Below are positions 19,829-30,006 of a DNA stretch of 64,000 nucleotides, piece by piece. Both the position numbers and the translations under genes were made by a program. This stretch comes from an uncultured Rivularia sp. (GTDB lineage Bacteria > Cyanobacteriota > Cyanobacteriia > Cyanobacteriales > Nostocaceae). Location: the NCBI GenBank assembly GCA_963665115.1, contig OY762007.1:7936001-8000000 (forward strand), written 5' to 3'. The notes under the pieces were generated by a model. The model worked only from the letters and a program-made list of their open reading frames with translations, had not been told where the DNA came from and searched no databases. How positions within the stretch are numbered: the first letter of the stretch is position 1; every line of letters starts with the position of its first letter.

Positions 19829-22732
19829 TTACCCCGCTTTACTCGCCGGATACTGCTTTAATACCTGCTTCAAATATTTCCCGGTATATGACTTTTCATT
19901 CTTCGCCACATCTTCTGGAGTACCCACAGCAATAATTTCTCCTCCTTTATCCCCTCCTTCGGGACCTAAATCTATTACCCAATCGGCACAGCGAATCACG
20001 TCTAAGTTATGCTCAATAACTAATATCGAGTTACCTTTATCTACCAATCTTTGCAGTACATCTAATAATTTATGTACGTCGTAAAATGATAATCCCGTTG
20101 TCGGCTCGTCAATTAAGTAAAGTGTCTTCCCAGTAGCTCGACGCGATAATTCACTGGCTAATTTCACCCGTTGCGCTTCACCACCCGATAAGGTTGTGGC
20201 TGGTTGTCCGAGTTTTACATATCCCAAACCGACATCTACTAAAGTTTGCAGTTTATTCGCAGCTTTGGGAATGTTAGCAAAAAATCCTACTGCTTCTTCA
20301 ACTGTCATGTTGAGAACATCGGAAATTGATTTGTCTTTGTATTTTACCTGCAATGTTTCGCGGTTATATCTGGCACCTTTGCAGACTTCGCACTGTACGT
20401 AAACATCCGGTAAAAAATTCATTTCGATCACGTTGACACCTTGTCCGGCGCAGGCTTCGCAACGTCCACCTTTAACGTTGAAAGAAAACTGTCCCGGTTT
20501 GTAACCCCGCGCTTTGGCTTCGATTGTTTCCGAAAATACCGCACGAATCGCGTCGAATATGCCCGTATAAGTCGCGGGGTTGGAACGTGGGGTTCTACCG
20601 ATGGGGGATTGATCGATGACAATTGCTTTGTCAACTGCTTTCAATCCCTTCATGCCGTCGATATCTTTGGGCATGGGAGTTTTTTTGAGCAGGTGGTGTT
20701 TTAGTGCCGGATAAAGCAACTCGTTGACTAAAGTTGATTTACCAGAACCCGAAACACCTGTAACAGTAACTAATTTACCTAAAGGAATTTCTACATCTAT
20801 ATTTCGTAGGTTGTTGCGACGGGCATTTTCAATTACTAAATTTATGCCGTTTCCGTCTCTTCTTTGTGCGGGAGTTGCAATTACTCTTCTTCCTGATAAG
20901 TAAGCACCAGTTAAGGAATCTTCGGCATCTAATAACGTTTGTAAATCGCCTTCTGCTACAATATGACCTCCGTGAATACCCGCACCTGGACCAATGTCAA
21001 CAACGTGGTTGGCAGCGCGAATTGTTTCTTCATCGTGTTCTACCACAATTAATGTGTTGCCCAAATCGCGCAATCTAAATAAAGTTTGCAGCAATTTTGC
21101 ATTGTCGCGCTGGTGCAAACCGATACTTGGTTCGTCCAGTACGTATAATACACCAGTTAAACCAGAACCGATTTGAGTTGCTAACCGAATTCGCTGAGCT
21201 TCCCCACCCGAAAGCGTCATTGCTGTCCGATTTAAAGTTAAATAATTTAAGCCCACATCTAAAAGAAACTGCAAACGCGCTTTGATTTCGCGCAAGACTA
21301 AATCTGCAATTTGCATTTGACGTTTACTTAGCTGCAAATTATTGATTCTTTCCTGAGCGTCGGTAATCGAAACCCCAGTTAAATCTAAAATTTTATATTG
21401 TCCCAACCTGACAGCTAAAGCTTCCGGTTTCAACTTTTTACCTTTGCATACCGGACAAGGTTGATCGATGATGTACTGCTCTAATTTATGCTTAATTAAC
21501 TCCGAACCACCCTCGTATTGACGCTGTAAAATCGGTAACACGCCTTTAAATTTCTTAGTGCGTTCCGATTCCGGAGTTTTCTCTTCTCCATGTAAAACTA
21601 TCTCCTGCTGTTCCGGAGTTAAATTTTGCCACTGCGTTTGTAACTCAAAGCCGTAATCCTGTCCCAGAGAGTAAAGTAGCTCTAGATAGTAAGAATTATC
21701 TTTCTCAGACCAAGGCGCGATCGCAGCGTAAATAGGGACTTGTGGATCGGGTACAACTAAATCGCGAGAAAATCTTTTTAATGTGCCGATTCCGTGACAA
21801 TTAGAACAAGCACCATAAGGTGAATTAAAGGAAAATAAGCGCGGCGATAATTCTTCCATTACCGCGCCATGTTCCGGACAAGCAAAGTTTTCCGAAAATA
21901 CTAATTCTTGGTCTTTATCTTCTTCTTTATTCCCCTCCTTTTCCAAGGAGGGGTTAGGAGAGGTAGGAGTATATAAAATAACTGCAATACCGTTAGACTG
22001 TTTTAAACACGTAGAAAGAGAATCGACCAAACGCTCTTCAATGCCGTCTTTCTTAATCAAACGGTCGATAACAACTTCTACAGTATGTGTATATTTTTTA
22101 TTTAATTCGATAGAATCCGAAAGCTCTCGCACCTCACCATTAATGCGAACTCGGACAAAACCTTGAGAAGCAAGACTAGATAATAATTTGGCGTGAGTAC
22201 CCTTCTTACCGCGAACCACCGGAGCCAGAATTTGAAACTTAGTGCGATCGGGCAACTCCATGATTTTATCAACCATTTCATCAATGGTTTGGGGAGCAAT
22301 AGAGCGATCGCACACCGGGCAATGGGGTTCGCCAGCCCTACCAAACAACAAACGGAGATAATCGTAAATTTCCGTTACCGTTCCTACAGTCGAGCGCGGG
22401 TTATGAGAAGTAGACTTTTGATCGATAGAAATCGCTGGGCTTAAACCTTCAATCGCTTCCACATCCGGCTTATCCATCTGTCCCAAAAACTGACGCGCAT
22501 AGGAACTAAGGGACTCAACATAACGGCGCTGCCCTTCAGCAAAGATGGTATCAAAAGCCAAAGAAGACTTACCAGAACCAGAAACCCCGGTAAAAACAAT
22601 CAGTTGACGCGAAGGAATTTCTAGATCGACATTCTTTAAATTATGCTGCCTAGCACCGCGAATGCGGATTGTATTTTGGTTAGAGTTAGGGAGTTTTCCA
22701 TTTAAGGATGCAGCTAACTTAGTTTCTGACAT
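19829..22732 (-). CDS. uvrA: Excinuclease ABC subunit A
   Basis: Two GVSGSGKS Walker A motifs, two LSGGEAQR signatures, zinc fingers. ATG 22732 is the likely start. Confidence 0.98.
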   Translation of the reverse strand: MSETKLAASLNGKLPNSNQNTIRIRGARQHNLKNVDLEIPSRQLIVFTGVSGSGKSSLAFDTIFAEGQRRYVESLSSYARQFLGQMDKPDVEAIEGLSPAISIDQKSTSHNPRSTVGTVTEIYDYLRLLFGRAGEPHCPVCDRSIAPQTIDEMVDKIMELPDRTKFQILAPVVRGKKGTHAKLLSSLASQGFVRVRINGEVRELSDSIELNKKYTHTVEVVIDRLIKKDGIEERLVDSLSTCLKQSNGIAVILYTPTSPNPSLEKEGNKEEDKDQELVFSENFACPEHGAVMEELSPRLFSFNSPYGACSNCHGIGTLKRFSRDLVVPDPQVPIYAAIAPWSEKDNSYYLELLYSLGQDYGFELQTQWQNLTPEQQEIVLHGEEKTPESERTKKFKGVLPILQRQYEGGSELIKHKLEQYIIDQPCPVCKGKKLKPEALAVRLGQYKILDLTGVSITDAQERINNLQLSKRQMQIADLVLREIKARLQFLLDVGLNYLTLNRTAMTLSGGEAQRIRLATQIGSGLTGVLYVLDEPSIGLHQRDNAKLLQTLFRLRDLGNTLIVVEHDEETIRAANHVVDIGPGAGIHGGHIVAEGDLQTLLDAEDSLTGAYLSGRRVIATPAQRRDGNGINLVIENARRNNLRNIDVEIPLGKLVTVTGVSGSGKSTLVNELLYPALKHHLLKKTPMPKDIDGMKGLKAVDKAIVIDQSPIGRTPRSNPATYTGIFDAIRAVFSETIEAKARGYKPGQFSFNVKGGRCEACAGQGVNVIEMNFLPDVYVQCEVCKGARYNRETLQVKYKDKSISDVLNMTVEEAVGFFANIPKAANKLQTLVDVGLGYVKLGQPATTLSGGEAQRVKLASELSRRATGKTLYLIDEPTTGLSFYDVHKLLDVLQRLVDKGNSILVIEHNLDVIRCADWVIDLGPEGGDKGGEIIAVGTPEDVAKNEKSYTGKYLKQVLKQYPASKAG
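21929..21967 (-). repeat. Palindromic repeat inserted in frame in uvrA
   Basis: Hairpin CCCCTCCTT-TTCC-AAGGAGGGG followed by TTAGGAGAGG, similar to intergenic repeats at 57897-57934 and 61495-61526. It encodes PTSPNPSLEKEGN. Confidence 0.65.
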
Positions 22733-22793
22733 ATCAGCAAGGTGGGCGGCAAGGAACAATCTTTAATAATACTATCGTTACTGTAGTTATGGT

Positions 22794-22807
22794 AGAACAA
22801 TCGTACT
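22794..22807 (-). promoter_or_regulatory. Cyanobacterial LexA box upstream of uvrA
   Basis: AGTAC-GAT-TGTTCT is an exact match to RGTACNNNDGTWCB, about 60 bp upstream of the uvrA start. Confidence 0.8.
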
Positions 22808-23146
22808 TAATTTGGGAATTGGGCATTGGGCATGGGGGATTGGGCATAGGGAGTTAGGAGTTTTCAATATATAAAGCCCCCCTTAAAAAATGGGGGTTGG
22901 GGGGATCTTATTGTCTGAAACACCATACTTTAATTATGTATTTGTATTAAATTTATTCTTCTATTAGCAAAAAATGTAACTCTATTAACCCGGTTTTGCG
23001 GGTTGTTACTTACGATATATTTGTGTCGCTCTTGCTAACTGTTTGACTAACACCACGATAAACAGTTTATTTCAGAAAACTGCATTGCAAAAAACAATTG
23101 TATAGATTGTAATAAGTACATAGGTTAGTATAATGGAATTTATCTA

Positions 23147-23464
23147 ATGCGCTACTGTTCTTTATTACTCACAGGTTTATTTGCTAGCGCTAGCGTTGTT
23201 GTGACTACTCAAGTAAAAGCACAAAAACGCCCTTCTAATGACCAATCTATGTATATGAAAGTTATGACTACAGCCGACATTGCTATAAATAACTGTTATG
23301 TTGGCAAGCGTGTCAATGAGTGTGCAAGGCTTCATCATATCCAGAGTACGCTTACAAAATGGTGCGGCAGAGGAAAAAAAGAAGCGTGTTACTTATTAAT
23401 TGATATAAGTTCTATGGAACGGTCTGCTATGATGTTGCAATCTATAGATTCTATAAAGTTCTAA
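23147..23464 (+). CDS. Small secreted Cys-containing hypothetical protein
   Basis: Signal peptide-like N-terminus ending VKA-Q. Two C-x2-G-x4/5-C motifs. Confidence 0.65.
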   Translation: MRYCSLLLTGLFASASVVVTTQVKAQKRPSNDQSMYMKVMTTADIAINNCYVGKRVNECARLHHIQSTLTKWCGRGKKEACYLLIDISSMERSAMMLQSIDSIKF

Positions 23465-23467
23465 GGT

Positions 23468-24073
23468 TCATTCTCGCTTAAACAAAAACAAATTCCCCGT
23501 CTTCCCCCTTCCGACTCGAATTTCCTCATCCAAATAAGATGTTATCCATACAGCTTCGTTGCGGAGAGCTTCCATAACTGGGATTTTTAATTCGGGTAAA
23601 TTAAATAGTAAGTTAAAAATTTTTGTTGCTTGAAACGCAAATGCATCAAAGCTGACTAAAGCAGTTTTTTGATCTTCCTGACTCTTCCAAATACCATTAG
23701 CCTGGATTTTCCATTCTCCTAATAAAGGTAATTCGATTTCGGCACAGTTAGAAGTTGCAATTTCGGTGTTACTACAATTCAATTTTTGATATACTCGCTT
23801 GATTTTAATTCCCGTCCAATCTGGAATTGTGGCAACTTGACGGGTAACTACTGTTCCGTTGGAAGCATATATCAACTGCCAGCTACCAGATATTAAAGTT
23901 TGATTATCTAAGTTTAACGGTTGAGGGATTGGGTTTAAGTCTTCTAATTCTCGGATAATATTATCTATAGCTGGTTCTGGTTGTGGAAATATAGCTTGCT
24001 GCGATGACAAAGCTTCGACTCGCTGCATTAGCTGTGTTTTCAGAGATTGTCTGTTTGTATTTTCTGCTGTCAT
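23468..24073 (-). CDS. PAP/fibrillin family protein
   Basis: LE.LNP.P.P, GSWQLIYAS, ITSYLDEEIRVGRG..GNLFLF. Confidence 0.9.
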   Translation of the reverse strand: MTAENTNRQSLKTQLMQRVEALSSQQAIFPQPEPAIDNIIRELEDLNPIPQPLNLDNQTLISGSWQLIYASNGTVVTRQVATIPDWTGIKIKRVYQKLNCSNTEIATSNCAEIELPLLGEWKIQANGIWKSQEDQKTALVSFDAFAFQATKIFNLLFNLPELKIPVMEALRNEAVWITSYLDEEIRVGRGKTGNLFLFKRE

Positions 24074-24114
24074 ATTTTGAAAGAGGGAATGGGGTTAGTT
24101 TGACTAATTAATAT

Positions 24115-24177
24115 AAGGTTTGTAGTAAGTGCTTCAGCCCTTGGAGAAGAGGGGCTAAAGCCCTGACTACGAACCTT
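24115..24177. repeat. GTAG-type REP-like inverted doublet
   Basis: AAGGTTTGTAGT...ACTACGAACCTT ends. Each half carries GTAG followed by a small hairpin. Confidence 0.6.
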
Positions 24178-24383
24178 CGCTCCCTAAAATTATTATCACG
24201 TATTTTCAATCTCTCTCTTTAGCTATAACTAGCGAAATTCAGAAGCAAGACTAAAGTTAGTTTTCAAAATTAGCTTTAATCGTTCATACTGCTGACAAAC
24301 GGAATTCGTAATTAATCAAGAATGGGTATCAAAACTCGTCTGTATAATAATTACGAACTAGAAATTAATATTTACTAATTATT

Positions 24384-25226
24384 ATGCGTTGGGAATTTGG
24401 TCGAAGAAGCGACAATGTTGAAGACAGGCGCGGCGGTGGAGGTGTTTCTCCAGGCTTAGTTGGTGGTGGTTTGGGTGGTTTGATTCTGACAGTAATTGCG
24501 CTTCTTTTAGGTGTAGATCCAGCCATTATTGAGCAGGTTGCTCCCAGAGATGGCGGCTATAAAGTTCCAACTCAAACAACTTCTCAACCTAGAGATGAAA
24601 TGGGACAATTTGTTTCAGTAGTATTAGCCGATACCGAAGATACCTGGAAACCACTATTTCGGCAGATGGGGAGAAACTATCGAGAACCAAAATTAGTTCT
24701 TTTTGAGAATTCAGTACGATCGGCTTGCGGTTATGCTAGTTCTGCCGTCGGTCCTTTTTACTGTCCCCCAGACCAAAAAGTATATTTAGATTTAGGCTTT
24801 TTCCGAGATTTAAAAAATAAACTTGGCGCACCCGGAGACTTTGCTCAAGCATATGTAATTGCTCATGAAGTCGGACATCACGTCCAAAATTTGATGGGAA
24901 TATCTGACGAAGTTAGAAGCGTACAAAATCGAGTTGGGCAAGTACAAGCAAACCAACTTTCCGTCAGACTAGAATTACAAGCCGATTGTTTCGCAGGTAT
25001 TTGGGCACATCACGCTCAAAGACAGAGACAAATTATCGAGCAAGGAGACATTCAAGAAGCAATGAATGCAGCCGCAAGCATCGGAGACGATAGATTGCAA
25101 AAACAAGCAAAAGGATATGTCGTCCCTGAATCTTTTACTCATGGAAGTTCCGCACAGCGCGTTAAATGGTTTAAAACAGGTATTCAAACTGGCAAAGTTG
25201 ATGCTTGTAATACTTTTAAAAGTTAA
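24384..25226 (+). CDS. Neutral zinc metallopeptidase (YpfJ-like)
   Basis: SDNVEDRRG, GPFYCP, AHEVGHHVQ, ELQADCFAG, FTHGSSAQR. Confidence 0.92.
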   Translation: MRWEFGRRSDNVEDRRGGGGVSPGLVGGGLGGLILTVIALLLGVDPAIIEQVAPRDGGYKVPTQTTSQPRDEMGQFVSVVLADTEDTWKPLFRQMGRNYREPKLVLFENSVRSACGYASSAVGPFYCPPDQKVYLDLGFFRDLKNKLGAPGDFAQAYVIAHEVGHHVQNLMGISDEVRSVQNRVGQVQANQLSVRLELQADCFAGIWAHHAQRQRQIIEQGDIQEAMNAAASIGDDRLQKQAKGYVVPESFTHGSSAQRVKWFKTGIQTGKVDACNTFKS

Positions 25227-25502
25227 TTAATTGGTAATTGGGAATGGGTAATTGGTAATTGGTAATTGAGCATAGGGCATTGGGAATAGTTAGGAGTATT
25301 GAGTAGGGAGTAGAGAGTAGCAAGTAAATCACTTTTTTATTGTTGTCATAAATGTCGGTACTTCTGCCCGTCTATTTTTACTCGCGACTTGTTACTCATT
25401 ACTCATTACTTATTACTCATTACTTACTACTCACTACTTACTACTCACTACTTTAATAATGTCCCCTTGTCTCCCCATCTCCCCATCTACCCCCTCACCC
25501 CC

Positions 25503-26378
25503 TCACCCCATCCATTCCAAAATTTCTGGATTCACCAAATCGGGAACTTCATCATGGGGACAGTGCCCTGCTCCGGGTATCGGAACGATTTTAATATCTT
25601 TACCGTTATCCCTAGCTTGTTCGTAAACTTTAGCGCCTGTAATTGGTGTCCAAGGATCGTCTGCTCCCCAAATTACTAGTAATGGACGCTCTACTTTAGG
25701 TAATAATTCCTCTGGGGATTTACCGGGAGGTGCTGTCAATATTGATGCAAATACTTGCTGTGCGCCTTCGTCACAGGATGGCTCGTAAAGCATATCTACT
25801 AGTTCATCGGTGACGGCATTGCGATCGCGATAAACTTGGTAGAGGGTGCGCTTAATTTGCGATTTTCTGCGAATATTGTTAAATACAAATTTACCTGTTA
25901 TCGGATGACTTACCAATTTATTAAAACTGCCCATCACAAAGCGCAGCGGTGGGTTTAGTTCGTTGGAGCGATGGCTCAAACCTCCCGCAGCGTTGATTAA
26001 AACTGCACCACTAGTAATTTCGGGATGCTCTGCTGCTATTGTCAAACTTATTAATGCACCTACAGAGTTACCGATAAATACGGCAGGTTGTTTGATATGC
26101 TCTTGCCAAAAGTCTTTGAGTAATTCAACCCATAAATCAACGCTGTACTCTACTGGTGCTTTATCGGAACCACCGAATCCTAATAAATCTAAAGCAAACA
26201 CTTGATAGCCAGCGTCTGCTAATACGGGAATATTTTTCTTCCAATGTCCGATAGATGCACCAAAACCGTGGATTAATACTAAAGGTTTTCCGGTACCCAT
26301 GACGGTATATTGAATTTTGTTACCCTTCCAGTTCCAAAAGAGTTTTTCAAAGGTTGTTGTTTGTGTTGTGGTAGTCAC
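25503..26378 (-). CDS. Alpha/beta fold hydrolase
   Basis: HGFGAS, DLLGFG, GNSVG, WGADD, GHCPHDE. GTG at 26378 is the likely start. Confidence 0.88.
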   Translation of the reverse strand: MTTTTQTTTFEKLFWNWKGNKIQYTVMGTGKPLVLIHGFGASIGHWKKNIPVLADAGYQVFALDLLGFGGSDKAPVEYSVDLWVELLKDFWQEHIKQPAVFIGNSVGALISLTIAAEHPEITSGAVLINAAGGLSHRSNELNPPLRFVMGSFNKLVSHPITGKFVFNNIRRKSQIKRTLYQVYRDRNAVTDELVDMLYEPSCDEGAQQVFASILTAPPGKSPEELLPKVERPLLVIWGADDPWTPITGAKVYEQARDNGKDIKIVPIPGAGHCPHDEVPDLVNPEILEWMG

Positions 26379-26488
26379 GGTTTTTGTGAAGTTTAATAAA
26401 GTCTTTCTTATTATGGTAGCGGTTTGTGGGTATTGAAGCGTTAATAAAATAGTTTCATTCCACATTAATAGAAATACATATAACTTGT

Positions 26489-26513
26489 GTAGAGACGTAG
26501 CAGTGCTACGTCT
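26489..26513 (+). repeat. REP-like element GTAGAGACGTAGCA(G/A/T)TGCTACGTCT; six copies in the window
   Basis: Copies at 26489, 32231, 32380 (inverted), 50390, 53238 and 62950. GTAG tetranucleotide followed by a hairpin. Confidence 0.9.
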
Positions 26514-26522
26514 GCTTTACGT

Positions 26523-29500
26523 TTATGTAGTTACACTATTAAAATCAACCTTGACAATAGTGTCGTTAAAGTCTCTATCTCCACCTCCAGCTAAATCTTC
26601 AAAGCCGAAAATATTGTCACCAAGCATCATGACGTGATCTGCACTGTCTGAATTAGCATCAAGGAATGAAAAGAAAATCTCATCAAATACATCAGTGGTA
26701 CCGTCAACGATTAAAAAAGGTACAAATATCGAACCAGCTTCAAATTCGCCTTCAAAAGTTGCTGTAGATTGATTTTCAACGCTTAAATCAATACTCGCAA
26801 TCCGATTTTGTACAGCTGCTTGTGCATAACCAGCATCTCCAACCAGTATATCTGCTGTACCGTCACCGTCTGTATCTATACCGCCATTCTCATCAGTAAC
26901 TTTGTAGAAGCCGATAACATTATCAAATTCTGCTTCGCGGTTAACGGTAAAGGTTGCAGTTTGCTTGCTAGTTACTTCGCGTAAATCAAGTACTTCAATT
27001 GTGTCTTGCAATCCGCTACCGATGGCTTTCTTGGCTTTACCATCCAGTTGCATTTTGATTTTTACACCTCCAAAGTCTAAATCAAAGTCATTTTTTTCTA
27101 ATTCGGATACTTCAGAAGAAAAAGCGACTTGAGATAAGTTGATTTTACCTTTTTTAGCTCCGTCGAGAGTACCTTCTTTCACCGACAAGAAACGGAAACT
27201 TTTATCGCTGCTAAATTCTATAATCTTTTCAAGACTTGTTGAATCAAAACCTTGAGGTGCATTTCCTAATACGGAAAATATGGTTTGAGCGCGTTTTAAA
27301 GCTGCTTCGATATATCCTTCAGCATCGGGAGAAATTCCATCAATGGTTCCCTCATCATCATCAACAGTAACGAAGCCAATTTCTTTGATTTCTTCTATAT
27401 TTTTACTCTTGAAAGAAAACTTGATTGAAGATTTACCACCTTTGATTTTACTTTTGAATTTGAAGGTGCTTTTACCGTTAGAAGTAAAGCTTAATTCTCC
27501 TTCGTCATCGTCGTTATCATCATCACCAATCGGAATGTCTGGTTTCTCACTGTCATTATCATCAATCGGAATATCTTTGTTTTCCTCATCCTTATCATTA
27601 CCAATCGGAATATCTGGTGTTTCATCAATGATAGGTTCTTTATCTTCACTGGTGATAGTGATAGTATTTGCAGCGACATCTGTTGTAGAAACGGTGTAAT
27701 CGCTTCCTACAGCTATACTTAAAGCAACTGTTTCATCTTGCTCAACAGTCGCGTCATCGGTAATATTTAAAATAACGTTAGCGGTTGCTTCTTCTGCTTT
27801 AAAAGTAACTTTACCTTTACTACCGTCAAATTCTTCTGCACCCGTTAAAGAATAATCTTCATTAAATGTAGCACTACCAGTAACAGTAAAATCAACTGTT
27901 AATTCTACGCTGGTATCACCTGTACGATTGAAAGTGTAGGTGATTTGATTGTTATCACCTTCGGTAATAGTGTTGGAATTAACAGATAAAGTAACTAATG
28001 CTTTTTCTTTTTGTGATTCTAATTTGGTTTCTTCTAACTTGATAAGGAAGCTATCAAAATTCTTTTGAGTGGTAAAAGTTTTATCTCCGAAAGCTGCTTC
28101 TTGGTAAAAATCACCAGCTATGTAGATTTTACCGTCATTTATATCGATATCGGAGATAGTTTCTGGGTTATTACCACCTATGTTTTGCGCCCATTTTACT
28201 TCACCCTCGCTGTCTAGCTTGGCGATAAAAGCATCGTTGCCTGAAGAAGACTTGTCATTTTGAGTATAAAGCATAAAGTTACCAACACTTATGCTTTCAC
28301 CAAAATGATATCCGGTGACGTAACTATTGCCCGTATCGTCAACAGTAATACCTTTGGCTACAATATTTCTATTCTTGTTAGTATCAAAGACTTCTTCCCA
28401 CTGTACATCACCTTCGCTATCAAGTTTGGCAACAAATACATCACCTGATTCATTAAGTTCCCTAAATGCTCCGGTAATGTAGGCATTGCCTTCAGAATCC
28501 AAAGTAATACTAGTAGCATCGTCATACCCGCCACGCTCGCCGTCAAAGTCTTTTGCCCACAGTACATCACCATTGCTATCAAGCTTAGCTACGAAAGCAT
28601 CACCTGATTCGCCACCTTCAAGGGTAGTATTACCAAAAGTTACCGTGTCTTCAAATCTTCCGGCGATATAGGCATTGCCCTCAGCATCTAAAACGATATC
28701 ATTAGCTCTTTCATCCCCATTATCGCTACCTAAATCTTTAGCCCATAACACATCACCTTTGCTGTCTAATTTGGTGACAAAAATATCACGACCTTCACTA
28801 CTTTCAAGGGTAGTATTACCAAAGGTTATTGTATCTTCAAACCTTCCGGTAATGTATGTGTTGCCCTTATTGTCTGTGCTAATGTCAGAATCGTAATTAG
28901 ATAGCTTATCATTGCTAAATTTTTTAGCCCATAAAGTATCACCTTTACCGTCAAGTTTAGTGACGAAAACATTACCCGATTCACCACCTTCAAGAGTGAT
29001 ATCGCCAAAGGTGATTGCGTCTCTAAACGTTCCGGTAATGTAAGTGTTACCGTCATCATCTACCGCAATATCATCAGTGTTTTCAAAAGTATTTCCACCA
29101 AAGTTCTTTGCCCACTCGACATTTCCATCTTTGTCAAACTTGGTCACAAAATCATCATAATCACCTTTAGGTGTGAGAGTTTGATTTCCAAAAGTAACTT
29201 GACTTCTAAACCATCCCGTGGCGTAAGTATTTGCTCGATCATCTAAGGCAAAACGTCTATAGCTACCATCACTAATGCCAAATTGCTTTGCCCAATCTAC
29301 ATTTAACATTGGATCGTTATTTGCGATCGCACTTGTTGCCATCACCGAATCTGCATCAAAAATGTAATTACTTCCAATTGCTAAACTCAGCTTTACAGTT
29401 TCATCCGACTCAATTTCAGCATCTGCAATTGGTGTAATGTTAACGGTAGCAGTTGTTTCTCCAGCAGCTATGGAAATTTTACCTTGAGTAGTGGTGAATT

Positions 29501-29741
29501 CTTCTGCACCAGCTTGTTGATAGTCTGTATTAAAAGTCGCCGTACCACTGACAGTAAAATTAACTGTCAAAGCATTACTAATATCATCATCAGTACGAGT
29601 AAAAGTATATTTGAGCGTTTTACTATCATCTTCAGCGACACTTATAGAATCAACTGCAATAGTTACTTCTGTAGGTGGCTGAATGATTTGTAAAGCCTCT
29701 TCTGCTTGCAATTCCCTGATTTCTAAAAAATTATCTTCCAT
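26523..29741 (-). CDS. Large surface/secreted protein: two Calx-beta-like domains, SBBP beta-propeller repeats, C-terminal DUF4114-like domain
   Basis: D..VE.DETV.LS (twice), repeated D..GN.YITG.F / FV.KLDS.G.V.WA, terminal FGFEDL.GGGDRDFND. Confidence 0.85.
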   Translation of the reverse strand: MEDNFLEIRELQAEEALQIIQPPTEVTIAVDSISVAEDDSKTLKYTFTRTDDDISNALTVNFTVSGTATFNTDYQQAGAEEFTTTQGKISIAAGETTATVNITPIADAEIESDETVKLSLAIGSNYIFDADSVMATSAIANNDPMLNVDWAKQFGISDGSYRRFALDDRANTYATGWFRSQVTFGNQTLTPKGDYDDFVTKFDKDGNVEWAKNFGGNTFENTDDIAVDDDGNTYITGTFRDAITFGDITLEGGESGNVFVTKLDGKGDTLWAKKFSNDKLSNYDSDISTDNKGNTYITGRFEDTITFGNTTLESSEGRDIFVTKLDSKGDVLWAKDLGSDNGDERANDIVLDAEGNAYIAGRFEDTVTFGNTTLEGGESGDAFVAKLDSNGDVLWAKDFDGERGGYDDATSITLDSEGNAYITGAFRELNESGDVFVAKLDSEGDVQWEEVFDTNKNRNIVAKGITVDDTGNSYVTGYHFGESISVGNFMLYTQNDKSSSGNDAFIAKLDSEGEVKWAQNIGGNNPETISDIDINDGKIYIAGDFYQEAAFGDKTFTTQKNFDSFLIKLEETKLESQKEKALVTLSVNSNTITEGDNNQITYTFNRTGDTSVELTVDFTVTGSATFNEDYSLTGAEEFDGSKGKVTFKAEEATANVILNITDDATVEQDETVALSIAVGSDYTVSTTDVAANTITITSEDKEPIIDETPDIPIGNDKDEENKDIPIDDNDSEKPDIPIGDDDNDDDEGELSFTSNGKSTFKFKSKIKGGKSSIKFSFKSKNIEEIKEIGFVTVDDDEGTIDGISPDAEGYIEAALKRAQTIFSVLGNAPQGFDSTSLEKIIEFSSDKSFRFLSVKEGTLDGAKKGKINLSQVAFSSEVSELEKNDFDLDFGGVKIKMQLDGKAKKAIGSGLQDTIEVLDLREVTSKQTATFTVNREAEFDNVIGFYKVTDENGGIDTDGDGTADILVGDAGYAQAAVQNRIASIDLSVENQSTATFEGEFEAGSIFVPFLIVDGTTDVFDEIFFSFLDANSDSADHVMMLGDNIFGFEDLAGGGDRDFNDTIVKVDFNSVTT

Positions 29742-29904
29742 ATCGAGTAGCTTTAGGTTTTAATAATAAAATGGTTTCCCATCGGTTGTAACCTAAGCTA
29801 CTTTTGTATGTCAAAATCAGATAAACTAGGGAAAAAAGATACGTATTTATACTTAAGTGCTTGACGAGTACAACTAGTTGCTCGTGATAATACCGATACT
29901 ATTT

Positions 29905-30006
29905 ATACAACCTATTATTTCGATAGTTATCCCCATTTACAATCGAGAAAATTATCTAAAAATTGCTATCGAAAGCGTTCTTAGGCAAACATTTACTGAC
30001 TTAGAA
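29905..30006 (+). pseudogene. N-terminal remnant of a family 2 glycosyltransferase
   Basis: (I)QPIISIVIPIYNRENYLKIAIESVLRQTFTDLE is the canonical GT2 N-terminus. ATA replaces the expected ATG, and the frame then runs into antisense mscS. Confidence 0.8.
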
